Shown here piece after piece: positions 14,620-31,120 of a stretch of DNA of 64,000 bases. Position 1 is the stretch's first letter, and each line of letters starts with the position of its first letter. Origin of the DNA: the human T2T-CHM13v2.0 reference genome, Homo sapiens; the NCBI RefSeq assembly GCF_009914755.1, contig NC_060937.1; one strand, given 5' to 3'. The position numbers and the translations under genes are program-made. The notes under the pieces are model-generated. The model was not told the origin of the DNA. It saw only the letters and a program-made list of their open reading frames with translations, and did no database searches.

Positions 14620-15000
14620 AGATAGGGTGGGTACGGAAAAGGGATGCCCTGCTAGGAGCACAGAAAAGTGTAAAATACCTCAAAGGGAGGGAGTGCCCCT
14701 CCTCCGGCCTCGGAGGGGTGGTAGAGGAATCTGTAGGAAAGGAAGCTGGAAAGATGGGCCTTTCAGATGGTGAGTGGTCTTGATGCCCAGCAAAAGGATT
14801 TAGATTTTATCCTCAAAGTAGCAGAGTGTCTGAAGATGCTTCAGGAGGTGAAATGTTATAATTAAAGTGATGTGTCATCTTGCCCACAGCAGAGTGAAGG
14901 AGGAAACTGGAGGCAGCAAGCCGATGAAAAGACCAGTGTAGTGACCCAAGTATGAAATGATGAAATGGTTCCAGCCAACCAGGGGAAGAGAAAGAGGAAA
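14620..15000 (-). mobile_element. L2 fragment
   Basis: Purine-rich L2-like text (aaggatttagattttatcct...ggaggcagcaagccg...ccagtgtagtgaccc). Confidence 0.5.
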
Positions 15001-15619
15001 ACTCCAAGAAGCTTCAACTCCATGCTCTACTGTGGAGGCAACAGAGTTGAACTGGAGTTTTTCCCACTGACCCAGCGCTGAAAACTATCCTCACCTAAAA
15101 AATTATGGTAAGTGCTATTCAAAACCTGATGACTTCAGGAGGAGAAACCCATTTCAAAGAGGAAGACAAGTTCAAGGCAACAGCCAGCCAACTGGTCCCC
15201 ACTGAGTTGACAAATTAGACCAAAGCTCAGGAGAAAAGATGGAGAGAAATGGACACGAGAGGTGAAGAACAAGATAGCTGGAATTAAATCGGCCTCCAGA
15301 AACCATCTGTGTGTGTGTCAAGGTGACAGGCTGAACCAGTCAGAAGGCATCACCACGGAAGTGCACAGGGGCTTTACCTTGGGGGGCACTCACATAGATT
15401 AGTAAAAGGAGTCTGCAACATGACAGGAAGAGCGTAGGAGTATGATAAAAATCAAAGACTGTAGCATTAGCAACAATTCCTGCCAATTAGGCATCCAAAA
15501 TTTAAAGACGCCCTTTCTCAACTCCAACTACTGCAAATGCTGAGTCAGATTCTCCCAAAAAACACAATATTTCAGAAGCTTCATTAACTCCTTCCAGCAT
15601 CTTCAAAGTATTACTTTGC

Positions 15620-15679
15620 AAATTACTGTCTGGGTATGCTAAACTTAGTAAATTACTGTTTGGGTAGACTAAATAGTAG
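15620..15679 (+). repeat. 30-bp tandem duplication
   Basis: aaattactgtctgggtatgctaaa / aaattactgtttgggtagactaaa, period 30. Confidence 0.8.
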
Positions 15680-18344
15680 TTCAGTACTCTGAAAGAGTTA
15701 ATGGAGCTTCCAAACTGTCTAATTTAGTCCTAAGGTGATTTTGATAGTCAAGACTCTAACTCGATTTGCATATTACCAATTAGAATTTCAAGGCAATCCA
15801 ATAAACTGGGCATTCAAAATTTATGTCCAAATTGGATCTAACAGACTTTTATTTAGACTTCCTAATCATCATAAATCTTAGATGATTACAACCAATCAAC
15901 AGGGGTCTTTCCTCAAGCAATCTACTACAAATTAAAGCTAAAAAGTGATGGAAAAACATAAAACCTGAGATCAGGGTTTGCAGTTAATGTATGTTTGGAA
16001 ACATGAGTCTGGGCTATGACTGGTCTGTCGAAAACCATCCCACAGCCACAGATTATTATACCTCAATGCCCCCCACCACCCGTTTTCTCTTCTTTGCAGC
16101 CATCTTCCCTTTCATCAGACTACAGTAACTTCTGCCACATGACAAATTTGTTCATTAAAGCCCAGTCTTTGAAGGATATTAAATGAGAATTCCTAAGATG
16201 AGGCACGTATCTCTTCTCTAAATAAAAACAATAAATAACATAAAAACAAGAATTTAACTTTGGACTTAAAGGTGATTTTTATGTGCTCAAGTCACTTTCC
16301 AGTTATGCTGTTAATAGTATTTTACATTATTCACTGACTGAACTTTGTTAATCAAAAACAAGCTGGCAAGCTTTATACATACATTAACCAGTGGCTTCAA
16401 AAAGATAACGCATAGAAAACAAAGTGGAAGCACTGCTAAAACAGAAGCAGTCATTTTGTTTAATTAAAACAATATGGCTGACTCTTCCCTATTTTTCAAA
16501 TTTTCTCTAATATTTTTAAATTATACATACAGATTTAAACACGTATTTGTTCTCAATCCCCAAGCAAACCTGAATAAATCTTCTGAATTGTCCAATATAC
16601 TAAATATTGATCCTGCAATATAATACTTTAAAAAATTTCTGTTAAAATTCTCAGTGATTAAATGGGTTTTTTGGTCACATTGGCACCTTTTTAGACACGT
16701 TTCTAAAAGATGTTGTTCTTGCTTTGTTATTCTTTTGAAAAATATAGAGCAATACCTAAGCATCTTTGTACTAGTACTGTTTTACCACTAATGTCTTGAT
16801 TTGATAAATACTTTGAAATGGAAATATCACCAAAGATCCCAGTTCAGACCTATTAATTTTAAAAAATAGAATTGTATCTACATTTTCAAATGTTTGCATT
16901 TTAAAAATACAGTAACTAGAACTCTCTAGAGAGGTACTATGTTATCAATAATAATGAAATTACATATGCATAGCTTTCAGAGCCAAGAGGCACTAGCTGA
17001 AACTACATGACATAGAAAGATTCATGTAAACCTTAGTCCCATCACTAAAGCAAAAGACAAGCATTCTGGTTTTCTCAATTTATTAATATTTTGAGTTCCA
17101 TCACAGTAGTTTTTTACTAACTACAAATTAAGTAGCCAATCTATGCCTTAATTGCAGGAATAATATGCTTAATATGCTTTCCCCCTCCCTCACTTTCTGA
17201 AGATGAATCTGAGCAAAAGAAATGTAGCAAGAACAACCATGTGACAGTGAATCTAAACATGTTCTATGGCATTTAAATTAGTCATTTGCAAGAAACTAAG
17301 CCGGCTATCCACAGAGAAATTTTCAAAAGGAATAGGTATATGAGATAACTAAAAGCTTTCAAAGAAAATGTTTAAAGTCTTTTCTCTTTTTCCCCAGTCT
17401 CACTTTTGAGGACAAGAAAATTTTAAAATTCAAAGCATAAAACTCATTAATACCGATCCCTTAGGGGATTAAATGTGGAGGGTGGGGGAAGATACATAAT
17501 CAATGTACCCGAAAAAAAGAAAGAAATTCACATAAACAATGTAAAAGATTATTTCAAACATGAAGGGGGAGAGATTTATCTTCACCTGCTAATACAGCTT
17601 AATGCTCGTGTTTTTCTACCCAAGGTCATTTACATTTTTTAAAATGGTTGTTTTAATTTCATTCCAACACAATGCATTCTATCTAGATGGCATGATTTAC
17701 AAAACCCTGATACAGCACCTTTCAACACTACCTGCCAATCATTTAAGGCTTTTCCAGGATTTGTGTCAGAGATTTAGGTATAGGTTAGCAGCAAATCCTT
17801 CTTAGTTGACACATGTGAAGATGGTCCCAAATGCAAAACAAAACAAAACATACTACCAAGCTCACCTACCTGGTAAGTCTTCTGCAAGTTACACTACCAT
17901 AAAATTAGTAGAGTTCAAGGTCCCAATCCAGAGGCAACTTCATGTAGGATGAGTGATGGATGGATGGGAATGAACACCACACATGCTCTGCTCATACACT
18001 CACTCCCTACGTCACTCCACAACTAGGCCACTAATGCAGATCTCAATCTGACAGAGCCATTTCCTCAGTTACAATTCAGGGGGCTGCCAATGGTCCTTCA
18101 GGTCTCTCCCAGCTTACGATGCCTGTACCGTGTATTTCCATTTTAGGCTTCTCTCAGGACATGCTTAAGATAAATCTTATTTTATTACAGGGTAATGAGG
18201 AGAAACAATATGTATCCTAAAGAAAGTAGGTTAGCTATGGCTTTTGGCAGTCAATGCTCTTAATGCTGCTATTAGGTGGAAAGGTGTTATCCAATCTCAA
18301 TCCAATCCAAACCAGATGGAGACCCTAGTTGGCAGATGAATCCA

Positions 18345-18476
18345 AAAAAAAAAAAAAAAAAAAAGGTTGAGTTAAAGCACAGGATTTTAAATATATACAT
18401 ATATTATAAATAAAAAGTATGTATACCTTATATATGTGTGTGTGTCTGTACATGTGTGTGTGTACATATATATGTA
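18345..18476. repeat. Poly(A) plus TA/TG low-complexity tract
   Basis: A run followed by tatata/tgtgtg segments. Confidence 0.8.
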
Positions 18477-21280
18477 TTCCTTAAACATTTGCCTTAAAAA
18501 TATACAGGAAACTGTGCTTGAGGTACAGCAAACCTTTGAACCAAGATACTCTGGCTAGGCTTCCATTCTTTCTTATAAACCCTAAACCCACAGTATATTG
18601 TCACCACAGATTTACAATTTGGGTTTCTTTCAAGTGTAAGAGGAATCCAACTGAACCCCTTTCATATCAATCCAACTACAGAGTTCTTCATGGTTTCCCC
18701 TAATCTTACAGGGTCTGACTGCAACTAATTTATCAGCAGCTTAAGTCTTTCAAGGGGTTCAACTTAGTTTTTCCTAAAGATAATTATTTTCACATTCATA
18801 TTTAATAACTAACTTTTTCTTAGGAAAACAATTACTACTGCACAAACACATCTGAAAAAGCACAACTGAGTTTCAAGAAAACTATAACTCAACTACTGTA
18901 CTAGAGCTTAGCTTTAGCAGTCAGAGTGCCATATACAATCATGAAGTGTGTTTTGTCAAGGGAATTAAGAACTGGGGTTGATGTGGTGTGCTGGGGAAGC
19001 AAAGATCAGGTGAGAAAGCTGGAGCAGATGATGGTGTCGCCACAGAAATTTATCCCGAACAATTATGTGCCAAAATGGGGCAAAGACTGGGAAAACTACA
19101 GAGTGGCTTTTTAACTGTGTGATTTATATTGAATGTGACAGAATTAGCCTAAATTTTGCAATTTCCACTAAGGAAAAAAAAAAAAGAAGACAAGACATGC
19201 CACCTAGAAGCACTATTAACACTTTAAATGTGTGTCACTTGTTCTTACAAGTCAATCTTTTGAAAAATCTAGATAGTGATACTGTATATGTATGTGCATG
19301 TACCTACATGTTATTTAAAGCATACATATGACTGAGTGCACTCAACTATCTCATAATTAGTCTGGTGTCAGATCTTTTTTTTTTTTTATCATTCTTGCCT
19401 CTGGAATAAACCATATGATCTGTATGTGGTTCTCTTGGTAGGTTTATCTTCCCATGTGCTATTTACACTTATATTAGAATGGATTCATATGCATTCAGCC
19501 CAGAATCATATTGGCATCAGGCAAGGACACCTAGCTACCAGCATCTATGACCAGGCAGACACATACACATAATCTATACTACAGAGAACTAACTGAAAGG
19601 TGATGCTACTTCATCACAAGCCTTTCTCGGCTGGAAGCTTTCTTCTTTAAACATGCCATGACAACAGGAGTCTAAACCAGACAACTCTATATTTTTTTAC
19701 CTATTTGTAAATATTACTGTCATCCCTAAAAAGTCTTATGTATAAGAATCACACACTAGATTAAGATGTTATTTTTTTCTAGACAGAGGCCAAAAGTGTA
19801 TTCATTTAACATTATAGACAGTAAAACAGCTATATGTTAACATCCTTTCTAAAATTCAATTGGTTCCTATTAGACACAAACCCTTTCCTCTAGTTCCCAG
19901 CCTCAGGAATGCAGATTTTGCTATGAATAATAATTTGTTAAACGCTATAGAAACCTGGAATCTTTGTTTCCAGAATTTAAAAACTGGTACATATTTGATT
20001 TACTGATTTACTAAAAATAAAATAAAATTAGTGATGTTCTTTATCATTTACTTTTAAAAACCTGAATATATCATATATATGTATATGTTGATATATATAA
20101 AATACATATAAATATATATTTTTAGTCAATGGTCATCCAATCCTCATTTTTAGTCACCAAAACCACACACTGCGTGGGCAACTCTATAATAAAACACAGT
20201 TACTAACAAATGTTTATAGAAGTAAATAAATAGAAAAATAAAATTCTTAAAATTCACTGCTCGACCATATCATTTTTTTTCCTGATCAAGGAAAATTCCA
20301 GGATATTTTGAGAGAATTCCAGAGTACCTGGAGATGCTCTGTTACAACACTAAGCACCCCAGCGCTCACAGTTGGTGCTTAAAACTTTAACCTAACAGTA
20401 TTACCGTCAGCATTACACACACACATTTCCTACTCGATAGCTCCCTACTCTCAAAAAGAAATGATGGGGACATGGCTCCCAATTCTCCAGCCTTAACTCC
20501 AATCACACGAATCCAACCACACTGTACTTCTCAATTCCTCCCCTTTGTCCAGGCTGCTCCTCCCCCTGAATCTCCTCTCAATCTGGCCCAAAAATACAGC
20601 CTCAGCCTGTTGAAATTCTACCTAAACTACAGTGCTCATCATAGGCGTGCACTCTGTTTTTTCCTGGTTCCAACCCAATGGTGACCTTTTCTAGCCCCTA
20701 AACCCCCAAGGTACTCCCTTTTCCACCTCTCTAGTCAGTTGCCAGCAGTACGTATGAATCAGTAGCTACGTAAGCCCTGAACCTGCTTGGAGGTGTGGAA
20801 AACTAGTGTGTGAAAGAAGGCCACAAATTATACCAGTAATGCTGCTGACACTAACCACTAAGAGATACCTCTTATCAGCTGACAAGTATTGAAAAGTAGT
20901 AGGTATGAGCCTAATAATCTAGAAAACGTACATCGACCAAGTAATAATGCAAATATCAACTAATCTGGGATGACAAAAAAAAAATTATAACAATAATGTA
21001 GTGGAATTTACTGAAAGGCTTGTTCTACTTAACCAAAATACTGTAGAATAACAATTTTTCCAAATGTTATCTAGCAAGATAAAGCAAATGTAAAAATTGA
21101 AGCTCAAAATAACCTCCACCACTTTAGTGACCAAGGTGGTTTTAAACCTATCAAGTTGACAGTTTTCCAAACTGAGTTTCTATCACTCTTCAACACAGAC
21201 TACACCATATCTCTCTCATCACCCAGAGCTATATAGCCTAAAACGGACTACTTCAGGGACCAGCAACATGGTTGGTTGGT

Positions 21281-21602
<322 letters not shown>

Positions 21603-22512
21603 ATGAAAAGGGGGTTTTAAGTGACAGCACAGCATGTTATTTTCTATGGTGGGGCTGGGGGAGAGGCAGGGTGCCAAAAGCGACTGAGGAGGGCTGTAAG
21701 AGTGATTGTCCATACTAGACACTACTTGCCAGATGTCAGCCCATCTCATGCCCCTCTGCTGTCCCTCCATCCTCCCCAAGTCATAGTGCAGCCTGCAGGT
21801 CCCTGCAACTCCCACATCCAACTTCCTCATTGCCATTCCTATCTCATCACATCCCTGACCCTGCTTTAAATTCCTCAGTAACTTCCTTTTTCTATCAGGT
21901 AAAGACCAAAGTCATATCATGCAATGCTCTCAGATCTAACCCTGTCTGCCTCTGAAGCTTTGTCTCACTTTGCCTTTCCCTTCAGACTTTGTAGTTAGGC
22001 CCCCAAAAAATATTGTGCCACTTCACCCTTCCCAGAAAGCTCTCTATAAGCCCGCACATCTGCCCAACTTCTCCCCACTCCTCAATCAAGACCAGACCCA
22101 GGTTTCTTCCAAGTGAGATCTCCCTATGTCTCCCACGTGGCTCTTCTATGCCTTGGTTGGGCCTCTGGTACAGAAGGCACAGTGCAATTCTGTTTACACA
22201 TCTGTCTTCCAGACAAAAACCGGAGGGCGTTGCAACCATGCTTCCTCGTGCTACACCCGGAGCGCCTAGCAAAATGCTGGGGACACAGCATCAAATGTCT
22301 ATGTCAATCTTGCTTGGATGAACACTCCCAATCCTCTGAAGCAGAAAGCTGTCCATCCTAGGCAATAAATATAAGCACCAGAAAAACATCATTCTTCTTG
22401 GATACACTTTCAGGCTAGGGAATTGTTCCCCTACTAATTTCCCACTTGGGGTTTCTTCCTTCAACCATTTGTTCCTAGAGTGCTTTACTATAAGTCAGGC
22501 ACTGTACTAGAT

Positions 22513-22531
22513 GGGTGGGAGGGAGGGAGGG
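22513..22531 (+). other. G-quadruplex motif
   Basis: GGGTGGGAGGGAGGGAGGG: five G3 tracts with 1-nt loops. Confidence 0.7.
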
Positions 22532-23152
22532 AAATAAAGTTATCAGGGAGCTTAAAGCCTATAGGGGAGATTCTATAACCCCAAACACAGCATTCGACAG
22601 TCATTACTCCACACTATTTAGTATTGTACACATAGGTAATACATCTCTATACACTCAATGTTTTTACTTAACCCCATTTGCCTACTAAAGTCATTCTGTT
22701 GCCTTGAGCCTACACCAACACAAAGGTGAGAATGGAGGTGCCAATAAATGAAACCTGTTATCTACAGATAAGAAATCAAACCTCAATTCTAGTGGTAGAA
22801 AGAACTAAGGAGACGGGCTAGCCCAGTATCTTCATTTTACAGAACAAGGGGCCCATGACAGAAACAGGTTACATGAATTGCCTGGGGTTCCCCCAATTGG
22901 TACACTGCTGAAACAGATTTTGAACCCAGATCTCTTAAGTCTTACCTCAATTCACGTACCCTCTTTCTTGTCCCTTACCCAGCTGTTAGTAACATGTCTC
23001 TCATGGTGTGTTACATTCGGTCCAACATCCATATGAAAAACTGAACTAGTGTTTCTTGGGGCAGAGGAAATGACAAAAGCCAAAGGCAATAAGACACCAC
23101 CATATAATCTCATAACCAAAAGCTACCCTCAGCTGCTAACATTTTTAGCATT

Positions 23153-23525
23153 TGTGGTAGGACAGAATTATTGGTCCCAATTCTTCACTCCCTGGTAATT
23201 GTATTTCTATGGCCTCTTGTCGGTAAAGTACACTTTTCTCCTTCTTGATTCAAGAGATGCTATGGCTAATGGGATGCTAGGGAATCTGATGCTGGCAGAG
23301 ACTTGAAACATACTCATACAGTCAGGCTTGCCCTCTTGCACATGACACTACCATGAGAAGAACTTACCCTAGTCGCTCACCTTCCAGCCAAGGCCTCAAA
23401 GTGAGACACATGGAGTAGGCTGCTGCAGGGAATCTCATACATGTGAGCAAGAAATAAATACATACAGTTGCATGCCACTGAGACTTTTGGGGTTATTTGT
23501 TATGGAGCAAAAGCTAACTGATACA
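23153..23525 (+). mobile_element. MLT1-type (ERVL-MaLR) solo LTR
   Basis: Starts tgtggtag; aaataaa signal; ends gttatttgttatggagcaaaagctaactgataca. Confidence 0.8.
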
Positions 23526-24721
23526 ATGTGTTATCCTTCAAGTCAAAAATGCATATTTCTCCTTGTCTGTCACTAATGTAACCCCTCAGAGTATTAGCTT
23601 GTTGTTAAAGTAGCAATCACCTTATTCTTTTTCTATTTTACATTTTATTGATTTCTCCAGGCTATCTTTTTTTCAGATTCTCTTCAGAAAAGAACATTGT
23701 CTACAAATTGAAGTGTCATCTCCAAGGCTTTTCCTGATTCTTAAGGTAGGTATTATATAAGAGGGTGGCAACAAATGTTATCCTTTCAGTGTCACGTCAC
23801 AAAATGCCTCCTTTTTCCTTCAAAGCAGTAAAGTAAGATTTGTCATGATCATGGTTAATTTATTAAAGATAATTTTCAGCTCATATGATGGATCCTAGAG
23901 ATGGGTGGGAAGGGGGTACGTGTATCTTCACTGCAGGTACTAAAGATTTTTAAAAGCTGTTTTAAAACCTTCAGCTGAAATAAATGTTAAAATACAATGA
24001 CTTTTGGTATTTTTAATGGGCCTCCAAATCAGGGTAACTTTAAACAATGACATTCAATGTAAATGTCCTTCAATTGTGCCATTTTCCCATTCCAGCACAC
24101 AGCTCAATGTCATTAAAACTACTCAAATTTAATTAATTATCGTTATCATTTGTAATTTTTGAAGCTCAGTAGACCTGAAATAAAATTACGTTTGGATGAC
24201 AAAACATATTATGCAATAAAGTCATCTGGAGGGTAGAATACCAAACTGGGAGCCTACTGCTTCTTTTTTCTTCTGCTTGCCATGACAAGGTTAATTTGTT
24301 TGCTTTCTTTATTCTTCCTTCTGTTTTACAAAGGAGAGGCATACACTTACTTTGGAAAGGATGTAATTTTTTATATCAGTCTACACTGTATTAATATGCC
24401 TAGAATGTGTATAGAATTATGCATGAGTATTTGTAAATGTAAGTCTGTTTACTCAAAACCATAGAAAATACAGGTTTCAGTGCATCCTTCTTTTGATGTC
24501 AAAGGAGTATGTGATTTTCTCAGGAAAATGAAGGCTAATTTCTTCAATTCTGGACTGTAGATAATTAGGATTGACTATAAAAACAAGAGTTAAACATGTC
24601 TTCCTATTTTTGAACCAAGGCCAGTAGAATAGCACTGTCTTCAAGGAAAACTTTATTTGCATATATTCAAACTCACGCCTAAAGAAATTCTTCAGGGTGG
24701 GGGGGAAAAAAATTCCTCAAG

Positions 24722-25093
24722 GCCCAGGATTTTAACCTGGAGCCCATGGACAGAACTCAAGGGATTCATGACCTTGGATAGGAAAAAACACATTTTTATG
24801 AGCCGCTCATTAAAATTCAGCATTTTTTCCAATTACGAATGTAGGCAACACATCACAGTATTGGCAGTACCTGTGACTTTGACACCAATAGAAATCGGAT
24901 GCCTTCACATTACAGTTGCTGTCAAAAACTCAAAATATTGTTTATTCATCTCCACCTCAAAATTATGGTGACCCGCCACTAAATATTATTTAATGTATTG
25001 ATAAAGAAGCACATCTATTACCCTACGACAATTTTCACAACTGTATTCGACGTAACTGCTTTCCTTTGCAATCACATGTAATTTAATATTATG
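24722..25093. mobile_element. hAT-Charlie-like DNA transposon fragment
   Basis: gcagtacctgtgactttgacaccaatagaaatc...cattacagttgctg...caaaatattgtttattcatc resembles Charlie/MER consensus. Confidence 0.6.
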
Positions 25094-26779
25094 TACCCTG
25101 CGACACTGAGGACACGCTGCATCCACCTGCCACACCCTCACTCCTCAGCTGCCCGTTTTTATTAACTAAGGACATCCGGGGTGCTTTTTGTGGAAGCATG
25201 AGCATACTGTACTGAGGGAAGGGAGAGGAGATAACAACCTATTTATATATGTCTATAACAGTGAAATTTTAAAAAATGGTAATTATGATGAGGCATCTGT
25301 CTATTTGGCACCATCTAAAACCAGCAAGCAATAATTGTACAACAAGGGGGTGTTTAGTGTGTGAGGTTTAGGACATTGTGCCAGAAAACCTAAAGCATCC
25401 AAGTTGTAAAACATTGTAATAAGCAGGTAATCCTAGGCCCAGCGTCCAAGTTTCTGCCCTAACCTGTTCCTTATGATTATGATTTTAAAACATCCCAGTG
25501 TCAGCAGGTTCACTGTGAGTCAGACCTGAAATAATAAATGGCTTATTTTCCATCCTGATGGAGGAAATACATCATGGCTCATTGTGGCTCACTTAACTGA
25601 GGCTGTTTTTACAGGAAAATATAAAAATAACTAAGTCATTCTGCCTTACCATTTTTATTTTAAATTTTTTTATTAACAAAGCTCTATACTACAATCCATT
25701 TTAAAAAGAAAAAGCATGTTTCAATATAGGCTATAAAAACAATAGCTCACAAATATCTAGAAGGAAAAATAATATAAACTCAGAAAATTATGCTTGTAAC
25801 CAACGAATACCCTGCTTTGCCAGGATAACCAATTAAATGCATTCACTACATCAAGATAAACTGCTGCTTATTTAAATGGTCAACCACATGGTAATGCTGT
25901 TAAAAGACAGCCAAAATCTTCTACCAGTATTCATTAAGGTTGCCAGGCCTTAAAAACCACATGTATCTATACACATACATCTACATAAATTCCAGAATGC
26001 AAAGTCTTACTTGTTGCAAACTCTCAACTGAACGTGAGGAGAAAAGTTGTATCTTCATCAAAAATAAATGCTTATTCAGTGGCATCAATACTGCACATAG
26101 GCTGTAAAACTCATCGTGACTGAGGATAAAATGAGTGAGCAATATATTCTCAGAACAATGAATTTTGTTCTACCCTGTTACATAAACAAGTTCTATGTGA
26201 CCTCACGGCTTTTAGATATGATTTATGACACCATGTCAGAATGCAATCTTATTTGTTACCCAAAACTGTGCTAGAGTGCTACCCCTATGGTGGGTTCAGA
26301 CATTATTTAAAACAAACAAACAAATAAACAAACTTAAGACAGCACCACTGTAACCAATACAAGGTTACTAGGTACACACAGTGTGTATTTCAGGATATGA
26401 CCAATAAATTTAGAATCATATATAAGGTCCTCAGTGTGTAATACAAATTTGAAGATAAAAATATTCATCGCTTCTGCTGATTTCGTACATTAAAACAGTT
26501 ACGCCATAATTCTATCCCATCTCCTTGAAACAGTGATGCAGAGGGGAACCCTGCTAGAGGGGTTCACGTGGACTTAAATGCCCATTCCCTCCTCACCTGA
26601 CTCTTCTTGTGCCCCTAAACATGGATGGCATGATAGGGAAAGAACACATCTAAAACACACGGAAGCTGTGTTTGGGAGAGAGGACGGTGCTCAGCACTCT
26701 CTCACGAGCCCTGTTATTTCCCTCCTCCCATCACAGCTACAGTACTGTCAACAGTAAAATGTAAAAACCCTAAAACCTA

Positions 26780-27099
26780 GGCTGGGCACAGTGGCTCACG
26801 CCTGTAAATCCCAGCACAGTGGGAGGCCAAGTTGAGTGGATCACTTGAGCCCAGGAGTTCAAAACTACCCTGGGCAACATGGCAAAACCCCGTCTCTACT
26901 GAAAATACAAAAAATGAGCCATGTGTGGTGGTGCATGCCTTTAGTCTCAGCCACTGAGGAGGCTGAGGTGGGAGGTTTGTTTGAGCCCAGGAGGCGGGGG
27001 TTGAGCCAAGATCACGCCACTGCACTCCAGCGTGGGAGACACAGTGAGACCCTGTCTCAATAAATAAATAAACAAACAAATAAAAATAAAAATAAAAAC
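26780..27099 (+). mobile_element. Alu (AluJ-like)
   Basis: Dimeric Alu with (AAAT/AAAC)n tail. Confidence 0.93.
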
Positions 27100-27617
27100 T
27101 CTACTAGAGGGCTAGGTTTTGCCCTGCCTTTTTACAGGCCTACTGAAAACAAGGTCAGTAGACTGAAAGGGCCAGCAGAAAACACAATGACTCAAGGGTT
27201 ACAGTTATCCATCTTCCATTTATCAGCTGTCATGCCATAGAGACCTTGGATCTCCCCAACAAAATCCAGGCTTCCCCACCTCTCCTACAGGGTTCTAGAA
27301 AGCTCAAATGGACAGAGCACAGCAGGCAGACAGTATATCACAGACACAGCTACGAAGATAAAGTGCCATGTATGATGGCAAAAATGTTACAGGGTCTCCA
27401 TGAAATTATCAGGATGACACCTCAGGTTTTTAACCTAAGAAAACAGAAGAGACTTGTGTGTGTGTTACACATATGTACGTATACACACACGTGCGTTCGC
27501 AAGCATGCCTAAGGAGATTTCTTTCAAAAAGAAGGCTGGCCCAACAATTTCAGTGGCCAAGAAATTTTATCATCCCAGGCACAACATTTCTTGTTTGCTT
27601 GATGTCAATTCCATGTA

Positions 27618-27918
27618 CAGTAGTCCTTCCCTGAGCTTTCACTTTCCACCTTTTTGAGTTACCTGCAGTACAACACAGTAAGATATTTTGAGAGAGAGAG
27701 AAACCACATTCATCTATCTTTTATTACATTATACTGTTATTATTGGTCTGTTTTATTATTAGTTATTGTTGTTAATCTCTTACTCTGCCTAATGTATAAC
27801 TATCATAGGTATGTAGGTATAGGGAAAAACGTAGTATACACAGGGTCTGATACTATCCAGTTTCAGGCACTCACTGTGGGTCCTGGAACTATCTCCCTCC
27901 TATAAAGGAGGACTACTG
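27618..27918. mobile_element. MER44-like TcMar-Tigger MITE
   Basis: Terminal inverted repeats cagtagtcc...ggactactg; TA on the left flank. Confidence 0.85.
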
Positions 27919-30071
27919 TGTATCGGTTTATCTACAATTTTAATGGCAACGTTTTAAAAGAGGAATGACCCACAAACTCCACTTTCCCTGCCCTCGTATT
28001 CCTTTCACCAGCAAGACAGAGGTGAAGAATTAAACTTTAATCAGCCACAATTTGAAGAAGGCTGTAAGATGATCTCCAGTATTTGAACCTTGAAATCTGG
28101 GTAAAAAAGAACACCTCATGCCTGTAAACCCCATCTCTCCATCAGGATTATCACTTGGTCAATAAGAGATAGCAAAGTCAAAAGTGTCCTCTTTTTGGAG
28201 GTGGTGTGTGTGTTGGAGGGCAGGGTCTCTGTAAGAACAGCTATAAGTAAAAGAGATATGGTGAAAGGTCACTAGTCTGTCATCTCTCTCTTCCTGAGGC
28301 ACATAAGGATGTGACATAGTTACATGTGGTTTGCAAGAGGGCTCCTCCCTTTACAATCTGCTTCTCCGACACCCCTAATCTAATCAATTTTTATTTTCAG
28401 TTTGGTGTTTAAAAAAAAAAAAGTTACCACACAGAAAGGACTTTAAGTCTGAAATGTTAATCACATCAAAGTCTGGAACTTCAAAGTTGCAGTTCCCACA
28501 CCAAGAGCAGCTCCGGTCCCCATCTGCAGTTTGAGTGTTAATCTAGATGGTAGTTTCTCTGATTTAAGACCTTGTTTTATGTGTACAGGGAGTGTGGCCA
28601 AGTCACAGGCACTACGAATTTGAATTTCCTGACTCTCACTTGGTTTAGTGGATGATTACGGCGTCAGCATGTGCATTTGAAACAGGTCCCCAAAGAGGAA
28701 GCACATTCAGGTCACTTGAACAAACACAAGCGTGAGCCACACCAGAGCCCTCCAGCTGACTGCCTAGCAGCAGTTACACGGTCTCCCATCAGGACCCTGT
28801 GACCAGAACTACCAGGCAGCTTTCATGGAACTGAAGTTGGATCCTCACGGCTGGTACCATTAAATGGCTTGTTTTTCTAAGAACCTGTGAAGAGCTTTAA
28901 CAGACAGAAGAAAGTAAATCAGACCTCTCCTTAAAAAGAAAAAATAAAGGGTGAAAAAACTAGCACTCAACCCGGTATTTTAACTACTGGCAGTTGCCTT
29001 TCTTCTACCATGCAACACAGTGGTTTCCAAAGGTATTTTCCAGAAGTTCTGGTTCCTGATTTCAGTGGCTACTCTATTTCAGGAATAAGGACAAAACTCA
29101 ATACAGAGACAAATGTTGGAAAAGTCCCAGGGAACTAACCTGGCACCAGCAGTTCTGTGCAAGTCCACCCGGCCAGGCCAGGATGCATCTAAAAGCCAAA
29201 CAGTTTGCTGTGTGCTTGCTTCTCATCGTCTTCGTCTCCTCTAGCAGCTGGAAATTTTAAAGCTAGATATGTTTAACCACCAGGAAACATGCTGACCATG
29301 AGCTCAGTCCTCTTCAGAAAGTCAAGAGCACTGCAGGGAATAGGACCTCTTTTCAAAGTGTGATTCTGCAACACAATGGCACCATATTTAATTCATCTGA
29401 ACATTCTACTTAGCAAGAGGGACCTACAGGACTCAAGGTCACTGGAGTTGCAAGCAGCCTGAAAACATGGTCAATGACGTTTCATTTTGTAAAGAGGAAA
29501 ACTAAGGAACTGAGGGGACAGCAAATCTTCACGTAGAAGATTTTGTTACTGAGAACAACGCCAGCAACTTTCTCACAGTGCACAGTGGAAGATCTCTTGG
29601 CCCTGCAGAGAAGAAAGCACAAGGATAGTGATGCTCCCCTTATCTGGTGGCCAGCCTTCCAACCCCTCGGCCTCTGAAACACTTAGACTATTTAAACAAA
29701 TGTGAACCAGAAAGTCAGGGCTAAAAGAAAACAATGAAAGCCAAGTGCTAATCCACAGAACTACAGAGCACAGAGATCCTCTCAAATCCTCATCCAGGGC
29801 CCGCTGGATTTAAACTGTGTATAAAATAAGGCCAGTTACTTAACACACTTTGTTATAAAGTTTCTCCTGAAAGGCTCATCCCTTCCTATCTTGAAAACCA
29901 TGCTGAAGTAGCTAGGAGGCAAATCAATGTACACAGTAAGAGGAAGTCTTTGCCAAGCTCCAGAAGACATGGCATAGGTGGGTATGCAAAAAACCCGAAG
30001 TTCCCAATGATCACTCCCATCACTCCAGTAAGGCAGAAAAGCACACAGTGAATGCAGAGGTAGATAAAATG

Positions 30072-31120
<1,049 letters not shown>

